The translations under genes and the position numbers were made by a program. Positions 50,567 through 61,280 of a stretch of DNA of 64,000 bases are shown in pieces. Location of the stretch: IMG/VR virus record IMGVR_UViG_3300045450_000145, positions 96,001 to 160,000 of that record. One strand, written 5' to 3'. Below the pieces are notes generated by a model that worked only from the letters and a program-made list of their open reading frames with translations, was not told where the DNA came from and made no database searches. How positions within the stretch are numbered: the first letter of the stretch is position 1; every line of letters starts with the position of its first letter. Source of the DNA: a virus.

Positions 50567-53500
50567 TCACTCGAAGGTCTGTGCAATTGGTGATGTTGGA
50601 ACAACCTTAATGGAATACGCGCTTAACCGTGAGGTCTTGAAGATGTCAATGAGCTCGTAGTTATTCGCAAGGATGTCATTTAACGCTGCAAAGAAAATTT
50701 CGTTAATCTGCGCAACATTAGCTTGGTTCCAAATATCAGTCATAGTTTTACGAGCATTTGCAGGTGAATTAAACCACTCATCGCTTGCGCTTAAATCTAA
50801 GAACGAGATGTAATCTGGAACTGGCACCCTACCGGTTGTGTTCATCAAGGATGTATTTACAATGGTATAGGTAATTGAAGACCTGAGCAATTCTGCAGGT
50901 GCCAAGGTTTGTTCATTATTAAAACCGAATCTAGTGCGTGTGTTATTGCGCTCGTCATATAACACCCGTCGAATTGCAGGGATGTCATTACCCGCGCTGT
51001 CAACACCAGCGACCGAATCTGTAAGTTTCAGCCAGAGACTTTCAGAGATTCTAGTTCTTTGACCAGGTCTCATGAGACGCCACTCTGTGTGGGTGTTCTT
51101 TAAATTCAAATCTTCAGGATCAACCCGTAAGGTGAAGTTGCGTGTAAATCTCAACTTGAAGGTATCATCCTTAGTCACAATATAATTTAAACCGGAAATC
51201 GTAATTGCGTCGTAACGCAGAGGAGACGCAGCATTATTATCTCCAATCATATGTTGGAAAGTCAGGAAGTTAGTTGGACCTTCAATCAGCTCTTGCTGAA
51301 TAGACTTAGTAGACATTTTCTTACCAGTCGCAGCAGTTGGCTTATCTCTCACCCAGAAATAGTATAAGTTGCTAGATAAGGCGCCGTCTCTATCTCTTAC
51401 TGGGAATGTGACATATTCATAGTCTTGCTTGTAATGCTGCTGATATGAGAGGTCATCATTACTTGTAGGATTAAAGTTAAACTCGATGGAGGTAGGCTCA
51501 TACTTTCTAATAATGGCTGTAACTTCACTTCCTTGAGATAACTTCTTCAGGGTTAAAGTTTGTCCATTTACAGTATATGCCGCCTTGAGCTGTGAGATGC
51601 CATTAACATAAACGGATAATCTATCTTGGTCAATGTTATTAATATTGACTAGGGAGAACTCTCCATCATTCAAGGCAGTACCACTCATGATGGTATTTTC
51701 AAGCAACTTCCATTCACTCCACTCGCTCTTGTATTTTCTAACCTCAACGTTATTATTCAAAGTTAGTGGATTTTTATTTTCATTAATGGCGTCTTGCACC
51801 ACAATTAAATTAGCGTTTGTTCCTTGAGATACAAAATCACCAATATATGGCTTCCAGCTACTAACCGGCTGACGAGAGTCATTAGTTAGTTGTGCTTGCG
51901 TTGGAATGTTCCACGCCACCCAGCCAACACCATTGTACTCGTTGCTTTCCTTGTCATTTATGAATCTTCCTTGGGAAGCAATGCTTGGGTCAACTACGAC
52001 CTCACTGAGTTCAACCGAGGCATAGGCAATTAGGCTATCATTAAGCGCCTCAACGATAGCCTCCTGCGCGTACCCTGCATCTACCAGAGCAGTTGTTTTT
52101 GGAGTGATGCGGATGTTGAACCCGATCCTGGACATGTCAACTACAATGCTGCTATTCTGAATAACACCAACTGTAGCGTTTCTGCCGTTAAATGGTGGGT
52201 TAGATTTAGCACCGTCTTCGCCTAGCGCAGAGTTAATGAGGAATGTTTCAGCATCACCTGAACCAACTTCAGTTACCTTAATGAAGAACGAGTAGTTGTA
52301 ATCCCCGGTGGATAATCCATTTTCATCCAACACTGGTACACGCTCAGTGATAGGAGTGAATAATAGCTGGCCTGTAAATTTGACATTGCTATTTGTGGAA
52401 GTAACCTCAACAATGCCGTCAAATGTCTGCCACAGTGGATTTGTTAAACCAACATTTTCAACGTCAGACATTGTATTATCAAAGTGCAGGCCAAAATTGC
52501 CCAGAACAATATACTCAGATAATGGCTTTGGATCAACATCATCATGTTTCCACGCGCCTATTCTCATACCAGCAACAACACCATACTGGTCGAAGGTGCC
52601 TACATCTAGCCACGCCTTACCCTTGCTAATTAGATTTAGATTGCCACTAAAGCTAGAATTAAATGACTCGTGTTTAAATTCGACTGGTATCGGTGAATAA
52701 GACCATGCAATTGGCCTAATATACCAATTTCTTTCTCTGACATAATTTTGCTTGTCAGCCACCTTACCTGCGGCCTTTTGATCGTCAGCTAGGTCCGCAT
52801 TACCAGCTTGAGATTCTGCTAAAGCATCATACTCAGATGGAGGCACAGTAGAACGAACCCATTCATATACGTCTACAGTAGAGTAATCGGCTAATGTGCC
52901 CCATCTGCTAAGTCTTTCATCTCTATTTTTAAAGATGATGTCATCATAGTATGGGATGTATGAGAGATTGCGTGTGTCAAACCACACACGTCCAACTTCT
53001 TTTTCGCCCCAAACTCTTAGTGGGTCATATGAGTTGTTATTAATAACTAGAGTTGAGTAGTTATATTTCGCTGGGTTTTGATCAGAGATAATGTTGATAC
53101 TTTCTAACGCCGCAGGTGTATGGATGTTCGCCGCTGGGTGCCACACGGGAATTTCAGCAACTAGCTCATTTTCAACGTAATTGAATAACTTGACTGGATT
53201 AAAACGCGGCTTGGCAGGACCATATCCTATGATAGAAATAGGCCCGCCAGTTGCCAAGATTTTCGTGCTGTTGATTTGAGTGTAATTTCCGCTGTTAGAA
53301 ATTAACTTATCAGCAACAAATGGCAGTTCATATAACTGCCCAATTTGAGGTGCTTGTAAATTAAATGAACCGACTGGCTCAGCAATATAGTAAGCGTCCT
53401 GATCCATGTCATCGATGGTAAACCACCTAGACTCGTCAAAACGATTAATTTCGCTATATGCTGATAGCTTTTCAATTGGGTCAAATTGAAGCTGTGTAAA

Positions 53501-56500
53501 TTGAGTTAGCGCGTCAGAGATGGAAAGCTTAAGTTCAGGGAATGTCTTCTGACGGGCATCACCATATTCGGCCGCTTTATATGCCCAGTACTCATCGACT
53601 TTAGCATCTTCAAATCTGTTATTATTCAGGTATGCTTCGATAGATAGGTTAGTGCCTTTTGACTGGATTAGACCACGCCAGAAGTTAAATTGGGTCTTAT
53701 TAGAAATATCTAGGTCATTGAAATATTGCTTCTCATTGAAACCTAATAATGCCATTGCGTGCTTGGTTGTAGTTTCGTTCTCAAATGCCTTGTTTGCATT
53801 GTAGAAGTCCGCAATATTATCGGCAGATGCCTGAATATTTTGGTGAACTGTGTTACCCTTTAAGAAGTGGCCGCCGAACTCTGGTCGCATGTTATCGGTT
53901 GATTGCTTGCGACCGTTAAAACGGTAAGTTACAACGCGTGATGCAGAAAATGGATCGTATAAGATGCCCTTCTTAATGGATGGCTGCGCGTAATTATTGA
54001 AAATAAAGACATGCTCAAATTCATCTAGCTGTACGTGTGCTGAGAACATAGGAGCTTCTGCCACAACAGATGACTTACCGTTGGTTCTCAAAATATTTAA
54101 ATCTGCCTTCTTAAATTTAGAGCCAAAAACGTCAAAAATACCCGCATGCCCAGTAATATCAAAGAGAGAAGTGTCTGTGAACTCAGAGAGTAAACCCTTC
54201 TTCTGAATAAATTGTAATCCATCTAAGAATGGGTTAATGACATGGCCTTGCTCTAATTTAATGCCGGCGTAGCAGCGATCAATTAGTTTTTCAACTTCAA
54301 GCTGGAAGGTGCGCGCACGGCCAGTTTCAGCATCTATTTTGCTGCTGTCGCTACTAAAGTCCCAACCACGTTCTTCTAGATACAAGGAATAACCAAATAG
54401 GAAATTCACTACGTTTTGTAAGCCAGTAATTACCAACGGTAAGTTTGTTTTCTTAAGTTGCTTTTTTATAGTTGGCTGATGCCATTCTCTAGAGGTGTGC
54501 TCTTTACCTAACGCATTAAATGTTAACACGCTCTTGTTTGGCTCCATCTCATAATATGTCAATTCTAGGTAGCGTGGATTATATCCTTCAATTCTAAAAA
54601 CCCAATCCTCGCCACCTTCCTTTGGAATATACCCAGTTTCTGGCGCGTCTGTGTGCTCACCAAGTTGCAAAACAGTAATACGTAACGCTTGAATCCATTC
54701 ATCGCGCGCAATTTGATTCTTCTTGAAAACTAGAGAATAGCCAGTATCAGAAAGATTGTCATTGTCAGTGAAAACATTTAAATCGTCAGTATTAACCAGG
54801 CCACCTGCGCGGTAGCCCATGTTAATATCCCATTCACGGTAGGCGCTGACTGCATATGATGATGAAGTATCGATTGAAGTTTCACGAAGAGCGTGTGTGA
54901 ATACCTGGCCAAATCCCAAGAACTTATGAGATAAGACCGGGATAAACGTTGCCCCAGTTGGAGTGATTTCAAATCTATCACCTATTCTAAATGGCTTACC
55001 TTCATCTTCAATTGTAAATGAATAACCAGCAACAGAAGTCAATGAGCCTTCTTGAATATAACCCAAAACTAAATTGTTTTGCATTACAGTGAAATTTTGC
55101 TTCCTGTCAGAATCGTACGCGTCGTAGGTAATTACCAAGTTAGTATTACCAACTTGGTTTAACTCTAATTGGCTGCGTTCAATAATATTAAGCGTGTCAC
55201 CGTGTAGCTTAAAGCGCTTGTGTCCAGGCATGTTCACATCCATGCCATCATATAAGATGTTATCTACTTCGACCCAATTATAACCCCAGCAGAATCCTAA
55301 GAATGCAAGTGGGTCAAACCTAAACAAGGCACGGGCCTTTGCATATCCATACTCAAGAGATTCTTTCCACACAGCTTCAACTGGTGAATCAGAATTATAT
55401 TCATAGCTAAGTGATGGTCCTGGTGGCAGAGCAGTGGTTAGCGCATTAACCGCGTGTGGAAGTGATTTACTGACATACGGTGGTAGCAGTTCGTCAGTGT
55501 ATTCGTTTACACTTAATTTTAAAGTTGGATGTAATAACTTAATATCTGCCCACATTTGAGTGGACCACATTCTAGCTTGCCCAACTTGATCATTTAGAAT
55601 GACCCAAGTAGTATTTTTGTACTTCTCACCGCTGGTAATTGTAATTACATTTCCTGGTGATACTTGGGTTTTAGTCCACGCGCCCATTCCAACGGTCCAA
55701 ATGGTGTTGTTTGGATGGAAGTCCTCACTAGTTAGTAAAACCTTATCACCGGTAATAAGTTGAATGCCGTCAATTAAAGGCAAACCATTTAAGTCGGTAT
55801 TTTTTGAACCGACATTAACTACCTTAACGCTGCCAATATGAGTGAAATTGCTATTGATATTAGCAGGCTGAATCGCAGCAGTGTATGCTACTTTTTTCTC
55901 AGCAGTTAAACTATTCCACCACGCTGTAGCGTCAGTGAAATTAAATAGCTTCCATGGCTCTAGATTTGGACGCTCAGTTGGAATAACTCCGCTCACAGTT
56001 CTTTGGTGAGATAGTAATACATTAAACCAACGAGCTGGTACTTTATCATCAGATAAAGCTGGGAAGTTGCCCTTATCAGCTTTGGAATAATTCCAGGTAA
56101 AGGCATCGCTTGCAATATAATCGGAACCTAGTGGATCATACGCGTTAGTTGACGCAAATAAGAAGAGCTCTTTCTTTAACTGATCATGGAATTCAATGTC
56201 GCTTTCTAATGCAGAAAAGTCGTACTTTCTGGCATTTGGGTTAATGCCATAGTAAAGCTTATTTTCAATGTATAAAGTTAGAGAGTTTAAGGTTGAAGCT
56301 AAATCAATTGGCTTCCACAACTTATTCTTATCTTCCTTTACCCATCCATCTTGCCACACGAATAATGTGTCTTCGGCGCGGTGATACCACGTAGTGCCAT
56401 TGATCGGATTGGAGGGTGCCAAGTTATCAGAGTCAACATCAAAGATGTGCAGGGGGTTGCCTGGAGGTGCCCAAATTTCTCCCTTATATGGCTTGTTAAC

Positions 56501-59125
56501 TGGAGTAGAAGTAAATGAGCCAATGGCCAGGGTGTAAGAATTGTCAGACCGCTTGATTTGCAAAGCGACAAAATTGCCTAATACATTTTGTCTGAAGTCA
56601 AAGTCATCTTCAATTAGCGGCGACTTGTGGCCGTCGTGGTGTGTCAACAAAACCTTACCGAGTTTATTATCAAATTTAATTTGCGGCTTAACTAGATTAG
56701 AAATGCCAAGCTGTGGTAAGGTAATTGGGAACCCTAAAACTGGCGAAGTAGAATCAAATAAGACGGTCTTGACATCATTCTCAGACTTACGAATATTCTG
56801 AATATATTCAAATAATAATTCTAGTTTTTCTAAGGTACTGACATTCCCATTATCTGCTAGATATTGGATAATATTTTGCTGATAAATGTCTTTTACTGTG
56901 TTTAACGCATTTTCATATTGACGCTGTGCTAAATCAATAATTGAGATAGGTGTCATGTCTCTCTGCATTAGCAGAGAAGCCAATAATGTTTGTTGTTCGC
57001 TCCACAGCTTGATGCTTCCACCAAATGAATAATTTACATTGTCATCAATTTGATTAGTCAGGATGCCGCGGAAGTGCGAATATAAGGCACCTTCGCTAAC
57101 TTCTGATCTTGATTCGTTGTATGGGTTATTATAGAAGGTTCTTGGAATTTGATAAGCTCCTTCACCTAATACGTCCACTAAGTTATGGGAGGCGTCACGC
57201 TTAACATAACGTGGTGTTTCTAAATTACCGACTCTTACCAAGAAGGTATCACCCGGCTCAAAGTCAATATTTCCACGAGAGATAAATGCGTTGAATTCAC
57301 CATTAGAATATGGTTCTCCGACGCTAATTACATTATATGGAGATGGCAAGCTTGCCATCTTTGAGCCGGTAATCTCAAATGTATTATTAGTTAAAGCAGT
57401 TAAGGTCCACACCTGCTGTTGTGTAAACCCAAGCGGTTCAAACTTACTAAGTTTGCCATTACCTGCACCACCATATTGCACATCAACTAAAGTTGGCTCA
57501 CTATAACCTGGTTCCCAAATAGTTTTTAATTTGCCATTGCGCTTAATAAAGAGCAAGTTATTATTTTCATCCATCAGGCCATGGTTAAAAACAAAGTCAG
57601 CTGAGTCATTATTCGACTTATCAACGCGCCGCTGTAAACTTACATCCAATCTGCCAGTTAGGTCTTCATCATAGTAAAATACAGAGGATACTAAGTTAGA
57701 ATGGGTGCCATCATAACGATACAAATCAAATAAAGGCAGCTGGTTAAATTCAGTCTTAATTTGCTTGTAAAAATCTCCACTATCAGCCGGTAAACCATTC
57801 TTAACATATGAGTTAAGTTGAATGTCAGCTGAGTATTCAATAATTGGCCTTACAGCCTGGATTGCTTCTGATCTGCCAATATTAAGACGATTTAGCTCAT
57901 CGCCACTTACCCAATAATTTCCTTCTTGCCAGTTGTTAGTATTACTTTCACTAACATTTGGTAAAACTTTCCACCCATAGCCTGGACCCGTTTCGTTTGA
58001 GAAAGACTCAAACATTTTTTGGCCGTTTGCATTACCGCCAGCAACAAAAACCTGCGCTTGTGGGGCAGAAGTTTGGGCGTTAAAGTCGGGCGCGCGTTCC
58101 CACTCACCAGGTCTTACGATGTAAATGCCGTCATCAACAGCTGAGTTGTTCTTAATTAGGACTCTATCGCCATTTCGTAATAAGACATTGTCGATAGTTT
58201 GATAAACGTTAAGTGGCTTTACTTTATTGACTTTGCCCTTAATGCCACTTTTCCCCTTAAAAGATGTGGTGTAGTTTCTAGATAGTAAGGTTGGAGTAAT
58301 AGTAATTACATCTCCCGCTTCAAAGCTGCTTAGGCCGATGCTTTCACCAAATTGATCATATATGAATTCGCGTGTAATGTTAAATTCGATTAGTTTGATT
58401 CGATCGCTACCATTATTGACATAAATGTCAAAGTGCTCGTCTTGATTGGTTAGAGCAAAATCTACTTGCTCTAACTTGTATCCATTTAAAATACCATTTA
58501 CAGCTAAAGTAAATGAGGTTGGAGAAGTAAAAGTAAGAGTAAAGACGATGTTGTTGAAGCCAGTACCAGTCAAAATTACTCTCTTTGTAGAGGCAGCACT
58601 AACGTTCTTCTTATTCTTATTACTTGGAGATGGGTTAGCAATAGTGTAGTATTCTGGTGATAGCTCTGGATTCCATGGCATATCAGGGGCATTATCAACC
58701 GACCTTGCAATCCAATAGTAATTGAAGAAGTTTGTAAACTTATCCAAGTTAATTGGCGGCACAAAGTTATTGCCTTGTGAATACAGCCAATCTAGATTAT
58801 CGGTTTGAATGCCAAGTGCAGCTGCCTTCTTAATTAGGTCCTGCACCGTAAAGGTATTAAGGTCATTGCCAACTTTAAATGATAAAACTGGAATGATTGC
58901 ATTGATGTCGCGTTCCGCATTAACTTCTGGGATGCGCTGAGTTCTATCATCTGTGCTAGATGGCTTTCTACCGACGTAGCCATATAATGGCACGCTTTCA
59001 TCGTGCGTGAGAAAACGATTAAACAGGTTATCCACTAAGGCAGAAATCTGTGGATTTCTGAGCTTATGCGGAATGTAGTTCTTTAAGTCGTTGAAGTCTC
59101 TATTGAAGTCAGGATTTTGTGCCAT
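50567..59125 (-). CDS. Giant virion structural protein (baseplate wedge-like, 2852 aa)
   Basis: 8.6-kb ORF; INLDKFTNFFNYYW; VYEWVRS; two fibre-like RVL-x-K...NG-x-Y...G-x-W motifs; TAAATA 59153-59158 on the minus strand. Confidence 0.75.
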   Translation of the reverse strand: MAQNPDFNRDFNDLKNYIPHKLRNPQISALVDNLFNRFLTHDESVPLYGYVGRKPSSTDDRTQRIPEVNAERDINAIIPVLSFKVGNDLNTFTVQDLIKKAAALGIQTDNLDWLYSQGNNFVPPINLDKFTNFFNYYWIARSVDNAPDMPWNPELSPEYYTIANPSPSNKNKKNVSAASTKRVILTGTGFNNIVFTLTFTSPTSFTLAVNGILNGYKLEQVDFALTNQDEHFDIYVNNGSDRIKLIEFNITREFIYDQFGESIGLSSFEAGDVITITPTLLSRNYTTSFKGKSGIKGKVNKVKPLNVYQTIDNVLLRNGDRVLIKNNSAVDDGIYIVRPGEWERAPDFNAQTSAPQAQVFVAGGNANGQKMFESFSNETGPGYGWKVLPNVSESNTNNWQEGNYWVSGDELNRLNIGRSEAIQAVRPIIEYSADIQLNSYVKNGLPADSGDFYKQIKTEFNQLPLFDLYRYDGTHSNLVSSVFYYDEDLTGRLDVSLQRRVDKSNNDSADFVFNHGLMDENNNLLFIKRNGKLKTIWEPGYSEPTLVDVQYGGAGNGKLSKFEPLGFTQQQVWTLTALTNNTFEITGSKMASLPSPYNVISVGEPYSNGEFNAFISRGNIDFEPGDTFLVRVGNLETPRYVKRDASHNLVDVLGEGAYQIPRTFYNNPYNESRSEVSEGALYSHFRGILTNQIDDNVNYSFGGSIKLWSEQQTLLASLLMQRDMTPISIIDLAQRQYENALNTVKDIYQQNIIQYLADNGNVSTLEKLELLFEYIQNIRKSENDVKTVLFDSTSPVLGFPITLPQLGISNLVKPQIKFDNKLGKVLLTHHDGHKSPLIEDDFDFRQNVLGNFVALQIKRSDNSYTLAIGSFTSTPVNKPYKGEIWAPPGNPLHIFDVDSDNLAPSNPINGTTWYHRAEDTLFVWQDGWVKEDKNKLWKPIDLASTLNSLTLYIENKLYYGINPNARKYDFSALESDIEFHDQLKKELFLFASTNAYDPLGSDYIASDAFTWNYSKADKGNFPALSDDKVPARWFNVLLSHQRTVSGVIPTERPNLEPWKLFNFTDATAWWNSLTAEKKVAYTAAIQPANINSNFTHIGSVKVVNVGSKNTDLNGLPLIDGIQLITGDKVLLTSEDFHPNNTIWTVGMGAWTKTQVSPGNVITITSGEKYKNTTWVILNDQVGQARMWSTQMWADIKLLHPTLKLSVNEYTDELLPPYVSKSLPHAVNALTTALPPGPSLSYEYNSDSPVEAVWKESLEYGYAKARALFRFDPLAFLGFCWGYNWVEVDNILYDGMDVNMPGHKRFKLHGDTLNIIERSQLELNQVGNTNLVITYDAYDSDRKQNFTVMQNNLVLGYIQEGSLTSVAGYSFTIEDEGKPFRIGDRFEITPTGATFIPVLSHKFLGFGQVFTHALRETSIDTSSSYAVSAYREWDINMGYRAGGLVNTDDLNVFTDNDNLSDTGYSLVFKKNQIARDEWIQALRITVLQLGEHTDAPETGYIPKEGGEDWVFRIEGYNPRYLELTYYEMEPNKSVLTFNALGKEHTSREWHQPTIKKQLKKTNLPLVITGLQNVVNFLFGYSLYLEERGWDFSSDSSKIDAETGRARTFQLEVEKLIDRCYAGIKLEQGHVINPFLDGLQFIQKKGLLSEFTDTSLFDITGHAGIFDVFGSKFKKADLNILRTNGKSSVVAEAPMFSAHVQLDEFEHVFIFNNYAQPSIKKGILYDPFSASRVVTYRFNGRKQSTDNMRPEFGGHFLKGNTVHQNIQASADNIADFYNANKAFENETTTKHAMALLGFNEKQYFNDLDISNKTQFNFWRGLIQSKGTNLSIEAYLNNNRFEDAKVDEYWAYKAAEYGDARQKTFPELKLSISDALTQFTQLQFDPIEKLSAYSEINRFDESRWFTIDDMDQDAYYIAEPVGSFNLQAPQIGQLYELPFVADKLISNSGNYTQINSTKILATGGPISIIGYGPAKPRFNPVKLFNYVENELVAEIPVWHPAANIHTPAALESINIISDQNPAKYNYSTLVINNNSYDPLRVWGEKEVGRVWFDTRNLSYIPYYDDIIFKNRDERLSRWGTLADYSTVDVYEWVRSTVPPSEYDALAESQAGNADLADDQKAAGKVADKQNYVRERNWYIRPIAWSYSPIPVEFKHESFNSSFSGNLNLISKGKAWLDVGTFDQYGVVAGMRIGAWKHDDVDPKPLSEYIVLGNFGLHFDNTMSDVENVGLTNPLWQTFDGIVEVTSTNSNVKFTGQLLFTPITERVPVLDENGLSTGDYNYSFFIKVTEVGSGDAETFLINSALGEDGAKSNPPFNGRNATVGVIQNSSIVVDMSRIGFNIRITPKTTALVDAGYAQEAIVEALNDSLIAYASVELSEVVVDPSIASQGRFINDKESNEYNGVGWVAWNIPTQAQLTNDSRQPVSSWKPYIGDFVSQGTNANLIVVQDAINENKNPLTLNNNVEVRKYKSEWSEWKLLENTIMSGTALNDGEFSLVNINNIDQDRLSVYVNGISQLKAAYTVNGQTLTLKKLSQGSEVTAIIRKYEPTSIEFNFNPTSNDDLSYQQHYKQDYEYVTFPVRDRDGALSSNLYYFWVRDKPTAATGKKMSTKSIQQELIEGPTNFLTFQHMIGDNNAASPLRYDAITISGLNYIVTKDDTFKLRFTRNFTLRVDPEDLNLKNTHTEWRLMRPGQRTRISESLWLKLTDSVAGVDSAGNDIPAIRRVLYDERNNTRTRFGFNNEQTLAPAELLRSSITYTIVNTSLMNTTGRVPVPDYISFLDLSASDEWFNSPANARKTMTDIWNQANVAQINEIFFAALNDILANNYELIDIFKTSRLSAYSIKVVPTSPIAQTFE

Positions 59126-59198
59126 TACTCATATAATCTTTTGCGGATGGATTATTTATGAGAAATGGACTTTGCTCGCGGGGCGTCTAATCAGATAG

Positions 59199-59903
59199 TT
59201 AGAGCATATTGTATAATTTTTGCGCTGTTAACCTGCTAATATCTAATATGTAGTACTTATTACATGAGAACATAATTTCATTTGACTGATTTGATACGTC
59301 ACCTATATTCTTATCAAACTGATACAAGTCCGCACTTTTTAATGCGCCCATTAAAATCTCAAGTCTAATATCTCCATCTGTGAATCTAGGTGTTTTTAAA
59401 TCTACTATGGATGGATCAATTTTATTATTTTCAATATAAGTAAGTGCGGCTCTTCTTAATTGCATTGGCCAGTTATCTATTGGTTCTGTTTCAATTTCAC
59501 CCCAGGCATCATCAATATACTCTGAAAATGTGTAGTGATAATTTCCAATAGGGAAGAATAAATGAGGAACCCCATATCCTCTAGCAGTAGAAATATTGAA
59601 TGTAGTAAAAATGCCTTGACTACGATATGGTATTCCAGTTTTGGAGACGAAATATTCATCCATTAATTTTGAAAAGTGCTTTGACGCCGATAGGGGTTGT
59701 CTATCTTGTCTAGATGTTCCAAGCACTAACACATCTGATATTTTGGCTCTGTATTCACTAGGTCTGCTTTTTACGCCGCGCCATAATGGTGTGTCATTTT
59801 CTGCCAGAAATTTACTACAATTAGTCTTAATTAATTCTATTGCATTTTGGTATTCTTCAGAATCTAACGAGTCATATTCTTCAAATAAGTCAATTAGTTT
59901 CAT
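59199..59903 (-). CDS. ADP-ribosyltransferase-fold protein, paralog C
   Basis: PLWRG, IFTTF...A-x-GYG, SNEIM; MKLIDLFEE N-terminus. Confidence 0.6.
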   Translation of the reverse strand: MKLIDLFEEYDSLDSEEYQNAIELIKTNCSKFLAENDTPLWRGVKSRPSEYRAKISDVLVLGTSRQDRQPLSASKHFSKLMDEYFVSKTGIPYRSQGIFTTFNISTARGYGVPHLFFPIGNYHYTFSEYIDDAWGEIETEPIDNWPMQLRRAALTYIENNKIDPSIVDLKTPRFTDGDIRLEILMGALKSADLYQFDKNIGDVSNQSNEIMFSCNKYYILDISRLTAQKLYNML

Positions 59904-59904
59904 T

Positions 59905-60594
59905 TTAAGATACGCCTTTAGTTAACATATCCATAAATTTTTGAGGATGCACTTCAGGCAAGACGGCATAATAATTATCACAGTGGATCATAATTTCAGA
60001 ATTTGTCTTAGCAGCGCTCCTTAGCCCTTCATCGTAATAATACAAAGTATCCATGTCCCTAATTACATCTGCAAATATTGTTGCCTTTAATTCAATATCC
60101 TTTTCTAAATCGTCTTCAGTAATTTCTTCAGCTTCCATTTTAGCAAGAGCTAGCGTGTTTAGTGGCCTAGGCCAGTAAGCTGCTGGCTCTAGTTCAATAT
60201 TTCCATAAGGGTCTTTTAAAATATCAGACCAAGCATAATTAAAATTGCCAACTGGAAATATCATGAGCGCCCTATTACCATAGGAAGCGGCAACACCTTG
60301 ACTAAAAGTGGTGAATAGGCTTTGTGATCTGTAATCAATTCCGCTTTGCTTTTTTAAAAAGTCATTTATGACTTTTGAAAAGTGCGCATCAGAATCTTTT
60401 GCTCGCCGGTCTTTTCTAACTTTGCCATACAAGACATTATCAGAAAGGCGCTTTACGCTTGGGCTGTCGAGGTCTAAACCCCTCCACAATGGTGCATCGG
60501 ATTGAGATAAAAACGGCCTACACTCATTTCTAATTTTATCAATGAGCTCTTGTGGGATGTCATCATTGTTGTTTGCAATCTCAAATAACTTCAT
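59905..60594 (-). CDS. ADP-ribosyltransferase-fold protein, paralog B
   Basis: PLWRG, LFTTF...A-x-SYG, NSEIM; MKLFEIA N-terminus. Confidence 0.6.
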   Translation of the reverse strand: MKLFEIANNNDDIPQELIDKIRNECRPFLSQSDAPLWRGLDLDSPSVKRLSDNVLYGKVRKDRRAKDSDAHFSKVINDFLKKQSGIDYRSQSLFTTFSQGVAASYGNRALMIFPVGNFNYAWSDILKDPYGNIELEPAAYWPRPLNTLALAKMEAEEITEDDLEKDIELKATIFADVIRDMDTLYYYDEGLRSAAKTNSEIMIHCDNYYAVLPEVHPQKFMDMLTKGVS

Positions 60595-61280
60595 TTCTTT
60601 GCCTCGTCAAAAATGTAAAATGGCCTTACTCTATAATCACTCATTAGAGATGTGTCTACGGCATAATATGAATTGCAATGCAGCATAATTTCATTATCTT
60701 TGCCTATGGCTTGATTAATATTTTTATTAATATTAAAAAGCTGATCACCAAACTTGCCTAATACCTTTTTAAAGACAGGTAGCGACTCATTTCCAGCAGC
60801 ATCAATCTTCATATCTTTAGCAACTCGTTGCGCATATTCATATGGCTTGTCAGGTAGGTTCCAATGCTCAATGTAGCTATTGTAAATTTCATCATATGGG
60901 TCTTCAAAGATAGGCGACCATGCATAGCTAAAATCGCCAATCGGGAATATTAAAAACGCATCGCCATATCCACCAGTAACTGATCTTTTAAAAGAGCAAA
61001 ATAGGGAGTTGGATCTAAATTTGATGCCAGACTTTTCTTCAAAATACTGATCTAGTAAATTATGAAATTCAAGAGATGAATCTTTTGGCTTGCGGTCTTT
61101 ACGGACATCACCTTTATAAAAGCCATCTTCAATTTTAGTTAATGATTTACTTTTATTAGTTAAAATTCCCCTGAAGAGAGGCTTATCTAGAGCCTGCAAA
61201 TATGGCTGGCAGTCGCGCCTCACAATATCAATAATGCTAGAGAGCTTTTGCTCTTCTTCAAATAAGTGAATTAACTTCAT
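60591..61280 (-). CDS. ADP-ribosyltransferase-fold protein, paralog A
   Basis: PLFRG, LFCSF...GYG, DNEIM; MKLIHLFEEE N-terminus; ATGA-coupled to the baseplate gene. Confidence 0.6.
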   Translation of the reverse strand: MKLIHLFEEEQKLSSIIDIVRRDCQPYLQALDKPLFRGILTNKSKSLTKIEDGFYKGDVRKDRKPKDSSLEFHNLLDQYFEEKSGIKFRSNSLFCSFKRSVTGGYGDAFLIFPIGDFSYAWSPIFEDPYDEIYNSYIEHWNLPDKPYEYAQRVAKDMKIDAAGNESLPVFKKVLGKFGDQLFNINKNINQAIGKDNEIMLHCNSYYAVDTSLMSDYRVRPFYIFDEAKK

